This document shows, in pieces, positions 27,669 through 38,181 of a stretch of DNA of 39,927 nucleotides. The translations under genes and the position numbers were made by a program. Location: the IMG/VR virus record IMGVR_UViG_3300032327_000596, positions 1-39,927 of that record; one strand, written 5' to 3'. The notes below the pieces were generated by a model. It had not been told where the DNA came from. It searched no databases and saw only the letters and a list, made by a program, of their open reading frames with translations. This DNA is from a virus. Its lineage: Duplodnaviria; Caudoviricetes. The stretch's first letter is position 1; each line of letters opens with the position of its first letter.

Positions 27669-28352
27669 TTAGTGTTTTAATATTTTTATACTTTTTCCTT
27701 TAATACTATTTCCCATGCAAAGTTTACATACATCACATGTAAGTTTTTTACCCATTTCTTTTGATGCTGGGCAATGAATAAACTCATTTGAAGTATTCAT
27801 ACTACTAGTAACAAAAAAGGCTCTAAAATTCAAATCTTTAGCTCTCTTGTATTCTCTCTCACTCTCAACAGAAGCCATAAAATATTTATTGCTCCAAGGA
27901 TACTTAGCGTACTGATGTGTATATCCTGTCCAAAACTTAGCCACTTTAGATATATCTTCAACAAGTTCTTCACCTAATAAGATTGGTTCTCCGTAAGTAC
28001 CAAATCTAATTCCATTATTCTCAACTAATGCTAATAGAACTGATTTAACTTTATCATTAAATTCAGGAATTTTGTCAATAGTTAATTTTCTTAATGATCT
28101 TATCTTACTAATTAATCCCACATTAGAAAAACCTTTTCTTACATAACATGATTTTGTTTTAGACTGTGAATAAACGCAATCAAAACAAATTGGTGAATCA
28201 TCTAATTCAGAAATACTCTTATTCAATGTTATCCAATCAACAGGGAATACATACTGTTGTATGACATTCCCTGTTTTTGAATTATTAGAACTTAATTGAA
28301 AATTAAATACATACCCATCTTTTTTAAAATAAAGATTATTATTAAATATCAT
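27669..28352 (-). CDS. Cys-rich phage protein, radical-SAM/Gp88-like
   Basis: N.KTG, ICFDC...SCYV, IRFGTYGEP, WTGYTHQ, MASVES, CPA....TC..CKLC. Confidence 0.5.
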   Translation of the reverse strand: MIFNNNLYFKKDGYVFNFQLSSNNSKTGNVIQQYVFPVDWITLNKSISELDDSPICFDCVYSQSKTKSCYVRKGFSNVGLISKIRSLRKLTIDKIPEFNDKVKSVLLALVENNGIRFGTYGEPILLGEELVEDISKVAKFWTGYTHQYAKYPWSNKYFMASVESEREYKRAKDLNFRAFFVTSSMNTSNEFIHCPASKEMGKKLTCDVCKLCMGNSIKGKSIKILKH

Positions 28353-29370
28353 CTGCTTCAGGCTCTATTTTAAATTCAGTTTCTGGATTATTGATTAACT
28401 CAATCACTTCAGTTCTTATTTGATCAAAGAATTCAGGATTATCTTCTAACAAAGTTTCAAATTCTTCTAATGAATATTTGTTTTCTTTATAAGTGATAGT
28501 TTTTCCGTATTTCTTTAATAATTTAAAGTCATTACCAAAAGATATAAGCTCACTAATCTTATCAATACCTTTACCAAATTTTACTAAAAACTCAGCAACT
28601 CTATAAGGAGGAGCCATTTTATTTTTTAGACTTTTAATCTTTGTTTCATTACCGTAAACATCTGTACCTTCTTTTGCTAAAGTTCTACTCATCTCTAGTA
28701 TAACATCAGCAGTATATTTTAATACGTGACCACCTTGTGTTGTTCTAGGATCACCAAACATCACCCCTATCTTTTCTCTATACTGAGAAATAATAATCAT
28801 ACAAGTATTGTTCTCAGCAATTAAAGATTTTAGTTTAGGATATGCTCCAGAGTTCAAACGAGCTTTTTTACCAATTGAAGAATCTCCCATCTCACCATCA
28901 ATTACTGATTTAGGAAGCAAACCATTATCTGAATCAATGATAACTAAATCAATTGCTCCAGTTTTAATTAAATCCTGAGCAATTTGAAAACCTTCATCAC
29001 CTGACTGTGGTTGACAAAATATTAAATCATCAACATCTACACCTAACGCTCTAAAATAGTTCTTGTCTACAGCATATTCACTATCTATATACAAAACCTT
29101 ACCACCATTTTTTTGACAGTTAGCAGTAGCATGACCACACAAAGTTGATTTAGAACATCCTTCCCAACCTCTGATCTCATACATTTTACCTTTAACAAAT
29201 CCTCCTACACCCAGAGCAATGTAATCAATAGCTAAAGAACCTGTAGAAATCAAATCATAATTCTCATATGATTTTTGATTAAGAGATAACACAGTACCTT
29301 TACCATATTTCTTATTCAAACTATCCATAGCTTCTTCTAAAGATAATTTTGCTTCTTGTTTTTTTGCCAT
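28342..29370 (-). CDS. recA: RecA/UvsX-like recombinase
   Basis: ISTGSLAID..LG.GG, YIDSE.A.D, QP, IIDS, G.KARL, Q.REKIGVMFG.P.TT.GG..LK, KNKMAPP. Confidence 0.95.
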   Translation of the reverse strand: MAKKQEAKLSLEEAMDSLNKKYGKGTVLSLNQKSYENYDLISTGSLAIDYIALGVGGFVKGKMYEIRGWEGCSKSTLCGHATANCQKNGGKVLYIDSEYAVDKNYFRALGVDVDDLIFCQPQSGDEGFQIAQDLIKTGAIDLVIIDSDNGLLPKSVIDGEMGDSSIGKKARLNSGAYPKLKSLIAENNTCMIIISQYREKIGVMFGDPRTTQGGHVLKYTADVILEMSRTLAKEGTDVYGNETKIKSLKNKMAPPYRVAEFLVKFGKGIDKISELISFGNDFKLLKKYGKTITYKENKYSLEEFETLLEDNPEFFDQIRTEVIELINNPETEFKIEPEADDI

Positions 29371-29434
29371 TATTTTGTTTTTAAATGTGAATATAAATAT
29401 AATTAAATAAACTTATTCAATCAAGTGAACGTAT

Positions 29435-29471
29435 AAAAATAAATAGCCTAGACGTAAAACATCTAGGCTAT
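29435..29471 (-). terminator. Intrinsic terminator upstream of recA
   Basis: Minus strand ATAGCCTAGATG-TTTTA-CGTCTAGGCTAT-TTATTTTT. Confidence 0.7.
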
Positions 29472-29507
29472 ATTCATCACTTTTCACAATCAAAATTAAC
29501 ATTAATT

Positions 29508-29861
29508 TTATTTATTATTTAATAATTGTACTGCATTATCTAATAAATGATGCTCTGCATCTTTTCTATTTTCAAATATAGATTCACTTACAGACCCATC
29601 TATTTCTACTTTAAAAACTGGATACTCATTAGAATAATCTATAAGAACAGTAGCATATATATTATTATCATCTAATAAATCTAATAAAGCTCTAGGATTC
29701 TGATCAAGAGTGTCAGTTATCGCTTTTGTAATAATTTCATCTGTTAAAAATTCCTCCATCTCTGGTGAAATATTTACACTATTCTTCATTACTATCTTAT
29801 AGTAATCTAGTATAATTTTACCTGCTGTTGGGTAAGTTTCTAGTAACTCATGCATGTTCAT
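29508..29861 (-). CDS. Hypothetical protein
   Basis: 117-aa ORF in the operon. Confidence 0.7.
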   Translation of the reverse strand: MNMHELLETYPTAGKIILDYYKIVMKNSVNISPEMEEFLTDEIITKAITDTLDQNPRALLDLLDDNNIYATVLIDYSNEYPVFKVEIDGSVSESIFENRKDAEHHLLDNAVQLLNNK

Positions 29862-30411
29862 ATATTTCTTTTTTAAGTTTATCTAAATTCAAAGTTTCTA
29901 CTATTGGATCAAACCCTTCCCAAACTTCCATATCATCATCAAAATCCATACCAATTCTTTTTTCCCAATATTTATACAAATCTTCTGTCTTTCTGAAAAT
30001 ACGAAACTGAATAGATATCTCATCTCTATGTAATCCGCTCTTCATTATCTTAACAACCTTAGGAAATGCTTGTTGAAATTTACTAGATGTTTTTGAATAT
30101 TGACCTTTTCTAACTAACTTATAGTCTTCAGTGTATTCTTTGTTAAGTTGATACACTAAGACAACAAATCCATCTTCATAATCATAATCATCTAAAATTA
30201 AATTATTATTTTCATATTCATAACTAACAAACTCTCTAAATCTATCAAAGTTATCAGGTTTGAAAAGAAGATATATAGCATTCTCATAATGCACATCTCT
30301 TCTTAAATCTTTGACATACCCATTAATAAAGTTATTATTTTTAATATTATCTTTATTAATATTAAGAGTGGGAACGATAAATAAACTAGTTACATTTTTC
30401 TTTACTTCCAT
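29848..30411 (-). CDS. Hypothetical phage protein
   Basis: 187-aa ORF translationally coupled to the exonuclease gene. Confidence 0.75.
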   Translation of the reverse strand: MEVKKNVTSLFIVPTLNINKDNIKNNNFINGYVKDLRRDVHYENAIYLLFKPDNFDRFREFVSYEYENNNLILDDYDYEDGFVVLVYQLNKEYTEDYKLVRKGQYSKTSSKFQQAFPKVVKIMKSGLHRDEISIQFRIFRKTEDLYKYWEKRIGMDFDDDMEVWEGFDPIVETLNLDKLKKEIYEHA

Positions 30412-31454
30412 TATTTTATTTTTACACGTCCATTACTAATATAATTATCTCTAGACATGTTCCAAATGTCCATATCTTTTGCCCATTTAACATCTTCAAT
30501 GATTTCAAGAATACCTTTGTATTTTGTTCCTTTGTATTCAAATCCATTCATTGCTTCAACTATATCATCATTACCTAAATCATATATGAGAGGGGCATAA
30601 TACGCACCACTATCGCATACAATGAAACTAGGAGGATTAACTGTATATCCTTCTTTTACTAAATGATTAAAATGATGTAATGTTAGCATATAATACACGC
30701 CTGCTTGAATATCACCACGACGGTATAGATAATATTCTCGATAAAAGTTTTCTACAGCCCATGTACATTTAAGATCATAAATATGAATAGTTTTCTTTTT
30801 ATGGTCGACTATTAATTTATCAATCATACCCTTCATTTTCAATCCTGCAATAGTAACATCAGTTATTTGCAATTGATTATATACATCATAATTAAAACTA
30901 TTAGCTAAATTTACAATTTTTCCAATAAATTGATCATTTTGCAATTGCTCTACAATACGTTCTGCGTTTCCTGCATCTCTTAATGATATAACTGTCAATC
31001 CTTTGCTTCTAACTTCACGAATTTCTTGATAATATGATTCTGCATCAGACCCCATAAATTTCTTCATGACAGCCTCATATGCTATCTTATATCCAGAATC
31101 TTTATACGCATCCATAGATATTTCTTTAAAATCACGTATAACTTCACCTTCTTCGTTAGTAGCTTCTTTTGTATATTTATACAAAGCTTCTACAAATTTT
31201 AACATACCTTCTGTTGGTGTAGTTTCACACATAGATGGAAAGAATCTATCATCAAATAATTCTGGTTCTAAAAGTTTAGTTTCCACAACACGACCCATAG
31301 TGAGTGCTTTACTTTCTTCATCTTCAATCTTTTCACCAAGAACGTGTCTACGATAGTATTTTTTTCTATCTTTATCAAAGTCTTTTAAACTTGATGAACT
31401 ATCAGTAGAAATAGCACGATACAGTTTTTCTGCGTTAACTTCTCCTTTTATCAT
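30411..31454 (-). CDS. PD-(D/E)xK exonuclease (RecE/ExoVIII-like)
   Basis: S.SSLK.F, GRVVE..LLEP, KGMIDKL, IYDLK, QAGVY. Confidence 0.8.
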   Translation of the reverse strand: MIKGEVNAEKLYRAISTDSSSSLKDFDKDRKKYYRRHVLGEKIEDEESKALTMGRVVETKLLEPELFDDRFFPSMCETTPTEGMLKFVEALYKYTKEATNEEGEVIRDFKEISMDAYKDSGYKIAYEAVMKKFMGSDAESYYQEIREVRSKGLTVISLRDAGNAERIVEQLQNDQFIGKIVNLANSFNYDVYNQLQITDVTIAGLKMKGMIDKLIVDHKKKTIHIYDLKCTWAVENFYREYYLYRRGDIQAGVYYMLTLHHFNHLVKEGYTVNPPSFIVCDSGAYYAPLIYDLGNDDIVEAMNGFEYKGTKYKGILEIIEDVKWAKDMDIWNMSRDNYISNGRVKIK

Positions 31455-31741
31455 TTTATTCTTGTAAGTTTACCGTCCCACTCATTACCGTTTAATGTTA
31501 AAACACCTTTTGCAAATTTAATATTTACTCCAGGTAAACCATTTAATCTTTCTCTAGTTGTTAAAGTATTATACTTACATAAATCAATATACAACATGTC
31601 TTCACTTTTTGTAAAAGCAATTGCATTTTTCCATAAATATAAAAAAGTTCCGTATTTCAAAACTTTCACTTCTGTATTACTTTTTTTAAAGTTTTTGTTA
31701 GATAATAAAGCATCTACACTTTCATTTGTTATTTTTTTCAT
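31451..31741 (-). CDS. Hypothetical protein
   Basis: SNT.V...L..NAIA...T.TTRERLNGL motif. Confidence 0.7.
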   Translation of the reverse strand: MKKITNESVDALLSNKNFKKSNTEVKVLKYGTFLYLWKNAIAFTKSEDMLYIDLCKYNTLTTRERLNGLPGVNIKFAKGVLTLNGNEWDGKLTRIK

Positions 31742-31743
31742 GA

Positions 31744-31920
31744 TTAAAATATTTGTAAAGTTAAATTATTACTTATCATATACTCACAATTTGATTCTAA
31801 AATTCCTCTACTTTTACAATAATCACTATTAAAGAAATCTGTACCATCCTCATAAAGTATTTCATCATAAGGAAACACATAAACTATATCTGTGTTATAA
31901 TCTAATATTACTATTTTCAT
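31744..31920 (-). CDS. Small hypothetical protein (58 aa, not in ORF track)
   Basis: MKIVILDYNTDIVYVFPYDE...; ATGA overlap with the upstream gene. Confidence 0.6.
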   Translation of the reverse strand: MKIVILDYNTDIVYVFPYDEILYEDGTDFFNSDYCKSRGILESNCEYMISNNLTLQIF

Positions 31921-32246
31921 TGTTTTAATTTGTTAAAATCTTCATTTAATCTGTTTAAAAATGATTCTTCGCCATCATCTCCTGATAATAGCCAATCTGT
32001 TCTCTGTATATAGATTTCAGCTATTTTAATAGCTTTAATAGCCTTCTTAAACTGTTTTAAAACTTCTTTTTTGTATTCATAATGATTCAAATCTTCTGGG
32101 TATTGTTTATACCATTCATCATCATAAAAACTTTCTTTGAGTTCTTCAGCTGTTTTAGGTTTGCCGTTTTGCTCAACTAACTTATCTACATCTTCTGCAA
32201 TATCAGTAAATCTATACTGTATGTAGTCCCATTTTCCACCGCTCAT
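31917..32246 (-). CDS. Hypothetical phage protein
   Basis: MSGG.WDY.Q...DWLLSGDDGEESF..RL. Confidence 0.75.
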   Translation of the reverse strand: MSGGKWDYIQYRFTDIAEDVDKLVEQNGKPKTAEELKESFYDDEWYKQYPEDLNHYEYKKEVLKQFKKAIKAIKIAEIYIQRTDWLLSGDDGEESFLNRLNEDFNKLKQ

Positions 32247-32380
32247 TGTTCTTCTTCCACTTTTATAACAATACCGTACGTAAAGTTTTTAATAGCCTCT
32301 TGTTTAGAATCAGCAGTTACGTATATCCATTCTTTATCTTCTTTTCCGTGAGGAAGATATATCACTCTATACTTTTTCAT
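32243..32380 (-). CDS. Small hypothetical protein (45 aa, not in ORF track)
   Basis: MKKYRVIYLPHGKEDKEWIYVTADSKQEAIKNF...; ATGA overlaps at both ends. Confidence 0.6.
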   Translation of the reverse strand: MKKYRVIYLPHGKEDKEWIYVTADSKQEAIKNFTYGIVIKVEEEQ

Positions 32381-32769
32381 ATTCCTAATAGTTTAATTAT
32401 TTTTCTAAATGTATTAATGTCTTTACATTGTCCTTTATAAATAGTATTTTCAGGATACCAATAACCATTTCTTATACATATTATATTATCTTCCCATAAT
32501 TCAAGTCGACATTCTCCTCTTAAGAAATATCCATGAGTAAGAGTTTTAGGATTTATTTGTTCCCATCCTTCTTCTTCTAATTGCTCTTTAGTAAGATATG
32601 GAACTCTACATCTATTTATATCTTCTTCAAAATCATATAAAGAAGAAAACTCGTCTCCTATTAAAAATTTAAACTTTTCCCATACATTAGTTTGAAAATT
32701 TTTAAATTCATATTCATACCCAACATAAAAATCCCAAATTTCAGGAACAAAATATTTTTTATTTTCCAT
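32377..32769 (-). CDS. Hypothetical protein
   Basis: 130-aa ORF in the operon. Confidence 0.7.
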   Translation of the reverse strand: MENKKYFVPEIWDFYVGYEYEFKNFQTNVWEKFKFLIGDEFSSLYDFEEDINRCRVPYLTKEQLEEEGWEQINPKTLTHGYFLRGECRLELWEDNIICIRNGYWYPENTIYKGQCKDINTFRKIIKLLGI

Positions 32770-32773
32770 TTAT

Positions 32774-33169
32774 CTAAAATTTGTTTGCAAAATAATCATG
32801 TAACTTAGCTTCTTGTTCATCCGTTAATTCTATTTCTAATACATCTTCTATAAATTCTATACAAGCATATTTAGCTGCTCCTGTTGTACACATTTCATTG
32901 TCGTTCACTTGTATATCTTCATTTTCCCAAGGTTTCTCAGTAATAAAAAATCCTATTCTATTGACAAAATGATAACCTGCAAGTATCCAAGATTCTTCAT
33001 TATCTGATGATACTAAAGTCCAAATAGTATTTGGTTTTGAATAACTTACAGATTCTTCTTCTTCTCCGTAAGTTTCAATCATACAGCCATCATACGCTGA
33101 ATCTTTGTTAATTGCATTTTTTATAGGGCGATATTCTTCCACCCAATCATCATACATTATAGTTTTCAT
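32774..33169 (-). CDS. Hypothetical phage protein
   Basis: ETYGEE...IWTL...GYHFVNRIG.FITE.PW. Confidence 0.7.
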   Translation of the reverse strand: MKTIMYDDWVEEYRPIKNAINKDSAYDGCMIETYGEEEESVSYSKPNTIWTLVSSDNEESWILAGYHFVNRIGFFITEKPWENEDIQVNDNEMCTTGAAKYACIEFIEDVLEIELTDEQEAKLHDYFANKF

Positions 33170-33588
33170 GTGATTTCTTTTTTAGAATTTCTAAATAAAT
33201 TTGTCTTGTCTCTATGACAAGGATTTTTGCATAGAATTTGATAAGCAGACACATCTTCTTTTGCAAGTCTTTGAATAAAAGGAACAATATCATCATAAGA
33301 GCTTAAACTCCCACATTCTTCAATATGATCAATCTCTATATCAGTTCGTTTAAACCAACTTTTACAGTTTGCACATTGATATTCCTTTTTTAATTTCTTG
33401 TTAATTGATTGTGAAGGTCTACTTGCCTTTTCTAAAGCAATTTGCATAGGTTTCCAATATCGAAAAGCATTACGTAATGCAGATCTGATTTTAGAAAAAT
33501 ATTGACTCTCAGTTAAAGTACCAGAGTTCCTTGTCTTAGGAACCCTGGACTTTTTTACAGTTGTTTTCTTTTGTATTGTCTTAGCCAT
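33166..33588 (-). CDS. HNH endonuclease
   Basis: YQCANC...IEIDHI..CG...Q.LC..CH..KT; ATG at 33588. Confidence 0.8.
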   Translation of the reverse strand: MAKTIQKKTTVKKSRVPKTRNSGTLTESQYFSKIRSALRNAFRYWKPMQIALEKASRPSQSINKKLKKEYQCANCKSWFKRTDIEIDHIEECGSLSSYDDIVPFIQRLAKEDVSAYQILCKNPCHRDKTNLFRNSKKEIT

Positions 33589-33607
33589 TTGTGACAAAAA
33601 TAATACA

Positions 33608-33984
33608 TTAGATTTTGTTAACCCTATTAATAATAATATCTTTCATCTTACTAAGATTTGTAATAGCATTGCTAACTTCACTTAAAGAAATTGCAGGAAA
33701 GTTAATAGAATACTTCTTAGCTTCTGCTGTAAATCCTTCTTTAACTTTTTCTTCAAGATTATCAAGTTCTCTAATAGCAAATTCTTCATCAAGCTCTAAA
33801 GTATCAAAATCTAAATCATGAAGAAGTTTTGTAGATTCATCAGTAGGTACAGTCATAATTGGAAGATATTCCCAACATCTACCTTTACTTTCACCAATAC
33901 CAACAACCTTTATTGGATTAATGATGACTAATACAGATTGATCACCACACCCTACATAGTTTATCTCATCAGAGGTAAAATGTA
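33608..33984 (-). CDS. rIIB: rIIB-like protein, exon 2
   Basis: (L)HFTSDEINYVGCGDQSVLVIINPIKVVGIGESKGRCWEY continues the rIIB motif C..GLH after splicing. Confidence 0.85.
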
Positions 33985-34288
33985 CAGTTTGTTATCGTAA
34001 AGGCTTTTTATCCTTTACTTCTGGGAGTTACCTCCTTATCCGCCTTGGAATATTCTGATTTAATTATCAGACAGCTCAGCATATATTTTCATCCTATAAG
34101 GATGTCGAACACTCGTGGGAGAATTATATTTATTCATCTCCTATGCGTTACACTGGTTAATAGCCTTTCGTAATCTATTAACTTAGCACGGTATTACCCT
34201 AACAATTTCACAATTATTTTTAAAAGGGTTTCACCGTTTTTGCTCGATGTTTACTTATAGATTGCTCTATAAGGGGGCTACTATTTTA
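33985..34288 (-). ncRNA. Group I intron (304 nt, no ORF) in rIIB
   Basis: 5' exon ends GGGU and pairs with IGS GCCC (U.G); P/Q AAACGGTGAAA / AATACCGTGC; P7 GCATA / TATGC; terminal G; splicing restores G-L-H in frame. Confidence 0.9.
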
Positions 34289-35396
34289 ACCCTTCTGCAC
34301 CACAATCATCTGTATTCCATCTACATTTAGCTGGATCCATTTGCACAACTTTACCTACACGAATGTCAAATGTACCAGTGTGAGCATCTGTAAAACGATT
34401 TTCTTCACGGTTTGGTAAATCAAGATATAAATCTATCAAATTACCAATTTTTTCACCATGATCTACGTATGATTCTTCATCATATGCGTCTATTTCACCA
34501 GTTCCCTCACATCTTTCACAATCTCTATCTTCGTTCTCATATTCATCGTACCAATCTCCTTCACCACCGCAATCTGGGCAAATGTTTTCTGTTCTTTTGT
34601 TAATTATATCTTCATTCTTAACAAGAACGTACTCACCATCTTTTAAGAATATAGTATAATCATTTGGACTTTTCTTCCATACAGCTTTCACTTTGTTATA
34701 AGTCTCGCTAATGAATTGCACAAGCTCTGTACCACCGTGAATAGTAACTACATTACGAAGAGCTGTAAAGAATCCCTGCTTAGTAATTCTAAAACTATTC
34801 TTCTTCAAGAAGTTAAATAATTTATCAGCTACTTCAGCACGTGGATTTAAACAACACCACATCCAGAAATTATATAAAGCCATAAAATTATCATTAGCAT
34901 TCAATTCTGTTAGTGGATTATGTTTAGATATTACTAATAGAAACTCTTCTATCAACAATGGAGGAAGACTGCGATTAATACCTTTAATATAAACAGAATT
35001 ATCATCTATAATAAAATAATTAGCGTGAATAGCTAATTTCTTAACACCTTCTGCTAATACTACCATTCTCTCAATCTCCAAGTCTTTCTTACGTTTATCA
35101 TCATAAGCTTCTTGAATTGTACAAATATCAAATACTTCTAATTCACTTTTTGCATTACGTACTTTTTGAAAATCATCAACATTAGCAGGATGCTTGCTGA
35201 TAATATTTCCATCATTTAGTACAACGGTTAATACATCATTTACAAATTTAATGTTTGAATAAGGCTTTATCCTTAATGTACTAGTAGTATTACTAGGATA
35301 AATAACAGATGTTGTTGTTTCTTTCAATAACATTTCTGCAACTTTTGTGTCTCTTTCAATAAGAGATTTGAAAAACTCTAAACTTGAATTACTCAT
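34289..35396 (-). CDS. rIIB: rIIB-like protein, exon 1
   Basis: L.NFW..C.LNP...V...LF.FL....F.IT..G.F...R.V; FTD.HTGTF..RVG.VV.M....C......C..G. ATG 35396 preferred over 35450, which lies in a hairpin. Confidence 0.85.
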
Positions 35397-35415
35397 TTTT
35401 TGTGATTGTTTAGTA

Positions 35416-35453
35416 AAAATGCTCAATAAATTATAAAATAAATTGAGCATTTT
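35416..35453. promoter_or_regulatory. 12-bp inverted repeat between rIIA and rIIB
   Basis: AAAATGCTCAAT-14 nt-ATTGAGCATTTT. Confidence 0.45.
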
Positions 35454-35473
35454 AAATTAAAATAATAATATAA

Positions 35474-36965
35474 TTAACTAATATCCAACTGATTCACCTC
35501 TTGTTCCTTAACAAGTTGATAGTTAGACAAATTCATACGCACATGTTTGTAACGACACATATCTTTCATGACAATCATTATACCTTCATTGTATAAAGCA
35601 TTACCAGTATACCCTTTCATTGTACTGCACAGTACATTAATGAATGGATTCTTAACTAATAGTTTTTTCACACAAGAATATGTATTAAATATTTCCATGT
35701 CATAAAGATTATTCTTAGCTGCATATTCTTCTAAATCAAGTTTTACAGTTTCTTTTACTGTATAACTTATTCTACTTTTAGAATATCTAAATAATTTACA
35801 TAAGTCATCACTTAAAGAAGCAGATAATTTTGATAATAAGTCTTTACATGCAAAAGTAGAAGAGTTTTCAGTATTTAAATTATCTATCAATAAAGCTGTC
35901 ATCATTCTTTTGAATGGTTTATTATCACCTTTCAAGAATGTAGATAAAGGCATAAAGTTATTAAGACCGTACATCTCTAATACTTTAATTTCTCTATCAG
36001 ACATAATAACAAACTTTATTTCACTTTCTACTTTCTTAAATAATCCAAATAGATAGTCAAGAGAACTACGATCTTCTTCTTTTGCGTAAATAGTTAACGT
36101 CTTCCTTCTATTAAGATATTTACCATCATAAGTTACTGGAACAAACTTAGCATTAGACGCTGTTTCTCTTTCTGGTGATACAGCTTCTTTAACATTAACA
36201 TCACCTTTCTCTTTAGTCTTACCAACTTTGGCAGATTTAAGTTTAGGTTTATAACTTTTAGCTTTGTCTGCAGAAACCCATGAGTCAGGAATATCAATAG
36301 CATCTAAATCTATAAATAAGTTAGTTATATTTTGTAGCAATGTTTGAAACTCTACAATAACTGCTCTCCAATCAGATTTATCATAATTTTTTAATTCCAG
36401 TAAATCATAATAGCAACTTAAATCTTGACTATCCCATTGTACATGTTTTTTCTTAGAGAATAATGTAAAAGATGTAGTTTTTTTAATGAACTTAACGTGT
36501 TTTTGTTTCCATAATTCTTTTACGTATTTACGTTTAATTTCACTAAAAGATTTATTGTAGATTGCTACCATATTGCTACTCAAAGATAGATTACCTATAG
36601 TAACTTTTTTATCCCAATACCTTCTGCAAGTAGATAGTACATTTTTGTAACTACTTAATTCATATGTACATTCATATTCATCAAGTAAATAATCTCTAAT
36701 TTTATATAGTTGAATTGCTGTAATGTATTTAGCATTAAGTAATGTAGGTGTACGTTGAGGTATAGTTGAAAATCCTAATATACTAGAAATTTCTATATCA
36801 TTCCCATCATGATTTTTGATAAATCTAGATGAATTAGAATAATACCAAATTGCAGAAAGAACATCATCTGTATCTACAATAGAATCATTATACCTAACCA
36901 TCAAATCATTAGCAACCAACTCAATCTTCTTTTTGATAATGTTCTTAGCTTCTTGTGTGTATCGA
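35474..36965 (-). CDS. rIIA: rIIA-like protein, exon 3
   Basis: The frame extends upstream of the TTG to RYTQEAKNIIKKKIE and joins PNRESI of exon 2. Confidence 0.85.
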
Positions 36966-38181
36966 CATACACGTACTTACTATTTCTAGTAAGATTAGAC
37001 TATATCATCATATAAATATAAAATTTATATGCAGGACGCTCTGGCTGGTTATTAAGGAAACTCTATTCCTCCAGTAGTCGTTGAACCTTCTACAGATGTA
37101 TCTGTAGCTTGGCTGCTGATTGCCCATTGTTACATACTTGTCTCTTTTACTATACTACAGTCATTACTGCTGTAGGGAGTGTACAAGTCTTTAGGGGGTT
37201 CCAGTCAATTCATCCTGTTTTAAAAGCACCCGATTAAACACACTTTTTTTACCACAATTTAAACACAGAAACAAAGGTCGCACCATTTGTTTTTTATAAG
37301 ATTTACCTGATTCAATAGTATGATAGTTACAACAAACCGAAGGATTTTCAATTTCTTTAATTTCTTTATATTTTTCTAAAACTTTTTTATAATCTTTAAC
37401 CAATCTGTCATATTGGTTATTATTACCTTTAATTTTTGAATTATAATTACTTTTTTTTATTGAAACTTCACTCATATCTCCTTCTAAAAAAACTTTCATT
37501 TTTCTATCCATAAAAATATTACTATCTTTATAAATTAAATCATAAAATTTTTTAGCAGAAGTATTTGATTTAGTTCTAATCCAATACATATCTAAAAAAC
37601 CTTTTCTTTTAACTTCTCTAAAATTTACATTTATATTATTTTTTATAAACCAATTTTTAATTTCTAACATAAACGGTAGAGAAGTACTGCAAAAAAATGT
37701 TTCTATTAATGTATCATACAAATAAAAGCCACCATCAGAATCATATAATCCTCTAATAAAATGAGGAATTATTTCTTCTGAAATTTTAGGTATTTTTAAA
37801 AAATCTCTATTTTCTTTAGATTTTCTTTCATAAACACCAGCTTTTTTTAAATCATCAAATAATTCTTTATTATAAGCAGTTAATGTATAGTATTTATTTT
37901 TTGTAACAGTTTTATTGAAAAATTTAAAACAATTTTTTATCTTATCAATGATTTCTTCATCTTTTGATGATATACTTGTTCTATACTGTATACTTACATT
38001 TTTTCTTTTGCTTTTTTGTTGGTATAAACAACCATCTCCATATATATAACCTAATACATATGCTTTTTCTTCTGTGTCAATTGTGGAAAACTCACTTTTA
38101 TAAATATTTTTCATAGCATTTTTTTGCTAAGATAAACATTAGTTACTTAAGTTAGTGAGTTTTAAAGTTAAATCTTTGTTA
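36966..38181 (-). mobile_element. Group I intron 2 of rIIA (1216 nt) carrying a LAGLIDADG gene in the P1 loop
   Basis: IGS ATCGG-GTGCTTTT (37234-37222) pairs with the 5' exon GAAAGCAU (U.G) and the 3' exon UCGAU; P3 CAGGATG/CGTCCTG; AATTGACTGGAA, AATCAGCAGCC, TCAACGACTA, GATATAGTCT; terminal G. Confidence 0.92.
37191..38114 (-). CDS. Intron-encoded LAGLIDADG homing endonuclease
   Basis: AYVLGYIYGDG and HFIRGLYDSDG; RK; C-terminal CC...CLNC zinc-ribbon-like tail. Confidence 0.92.
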   Translation of the reverse strand: MKNIYKSEFSTIDTEEKAYVLGYIYGDGCLYQQKSKRKNVSIQYRTSISSKDEEIIDKIKNCFKFFNKTVTKNKYYTLTAYNKELFDDLKKAGVYERKSKENRDFLKIPKISEEIIPHFIRGLYDSDGGFYLYDTLIETFFCSTSLPFMLEIKNWFIKNNINVNFREVKRKGFLDMYWIRTKSNTSAKKFYDLIYKDSNIFMDRKMKVFLEGDMSEVSIKKSNYNSKIKGNNNQYDRLVKDYKKVLEKYKEIKEIENPSVCCNYHTIESGKSYKKQMVRPLFLCLNCGKKSVFNRVLLKQDELTGTP

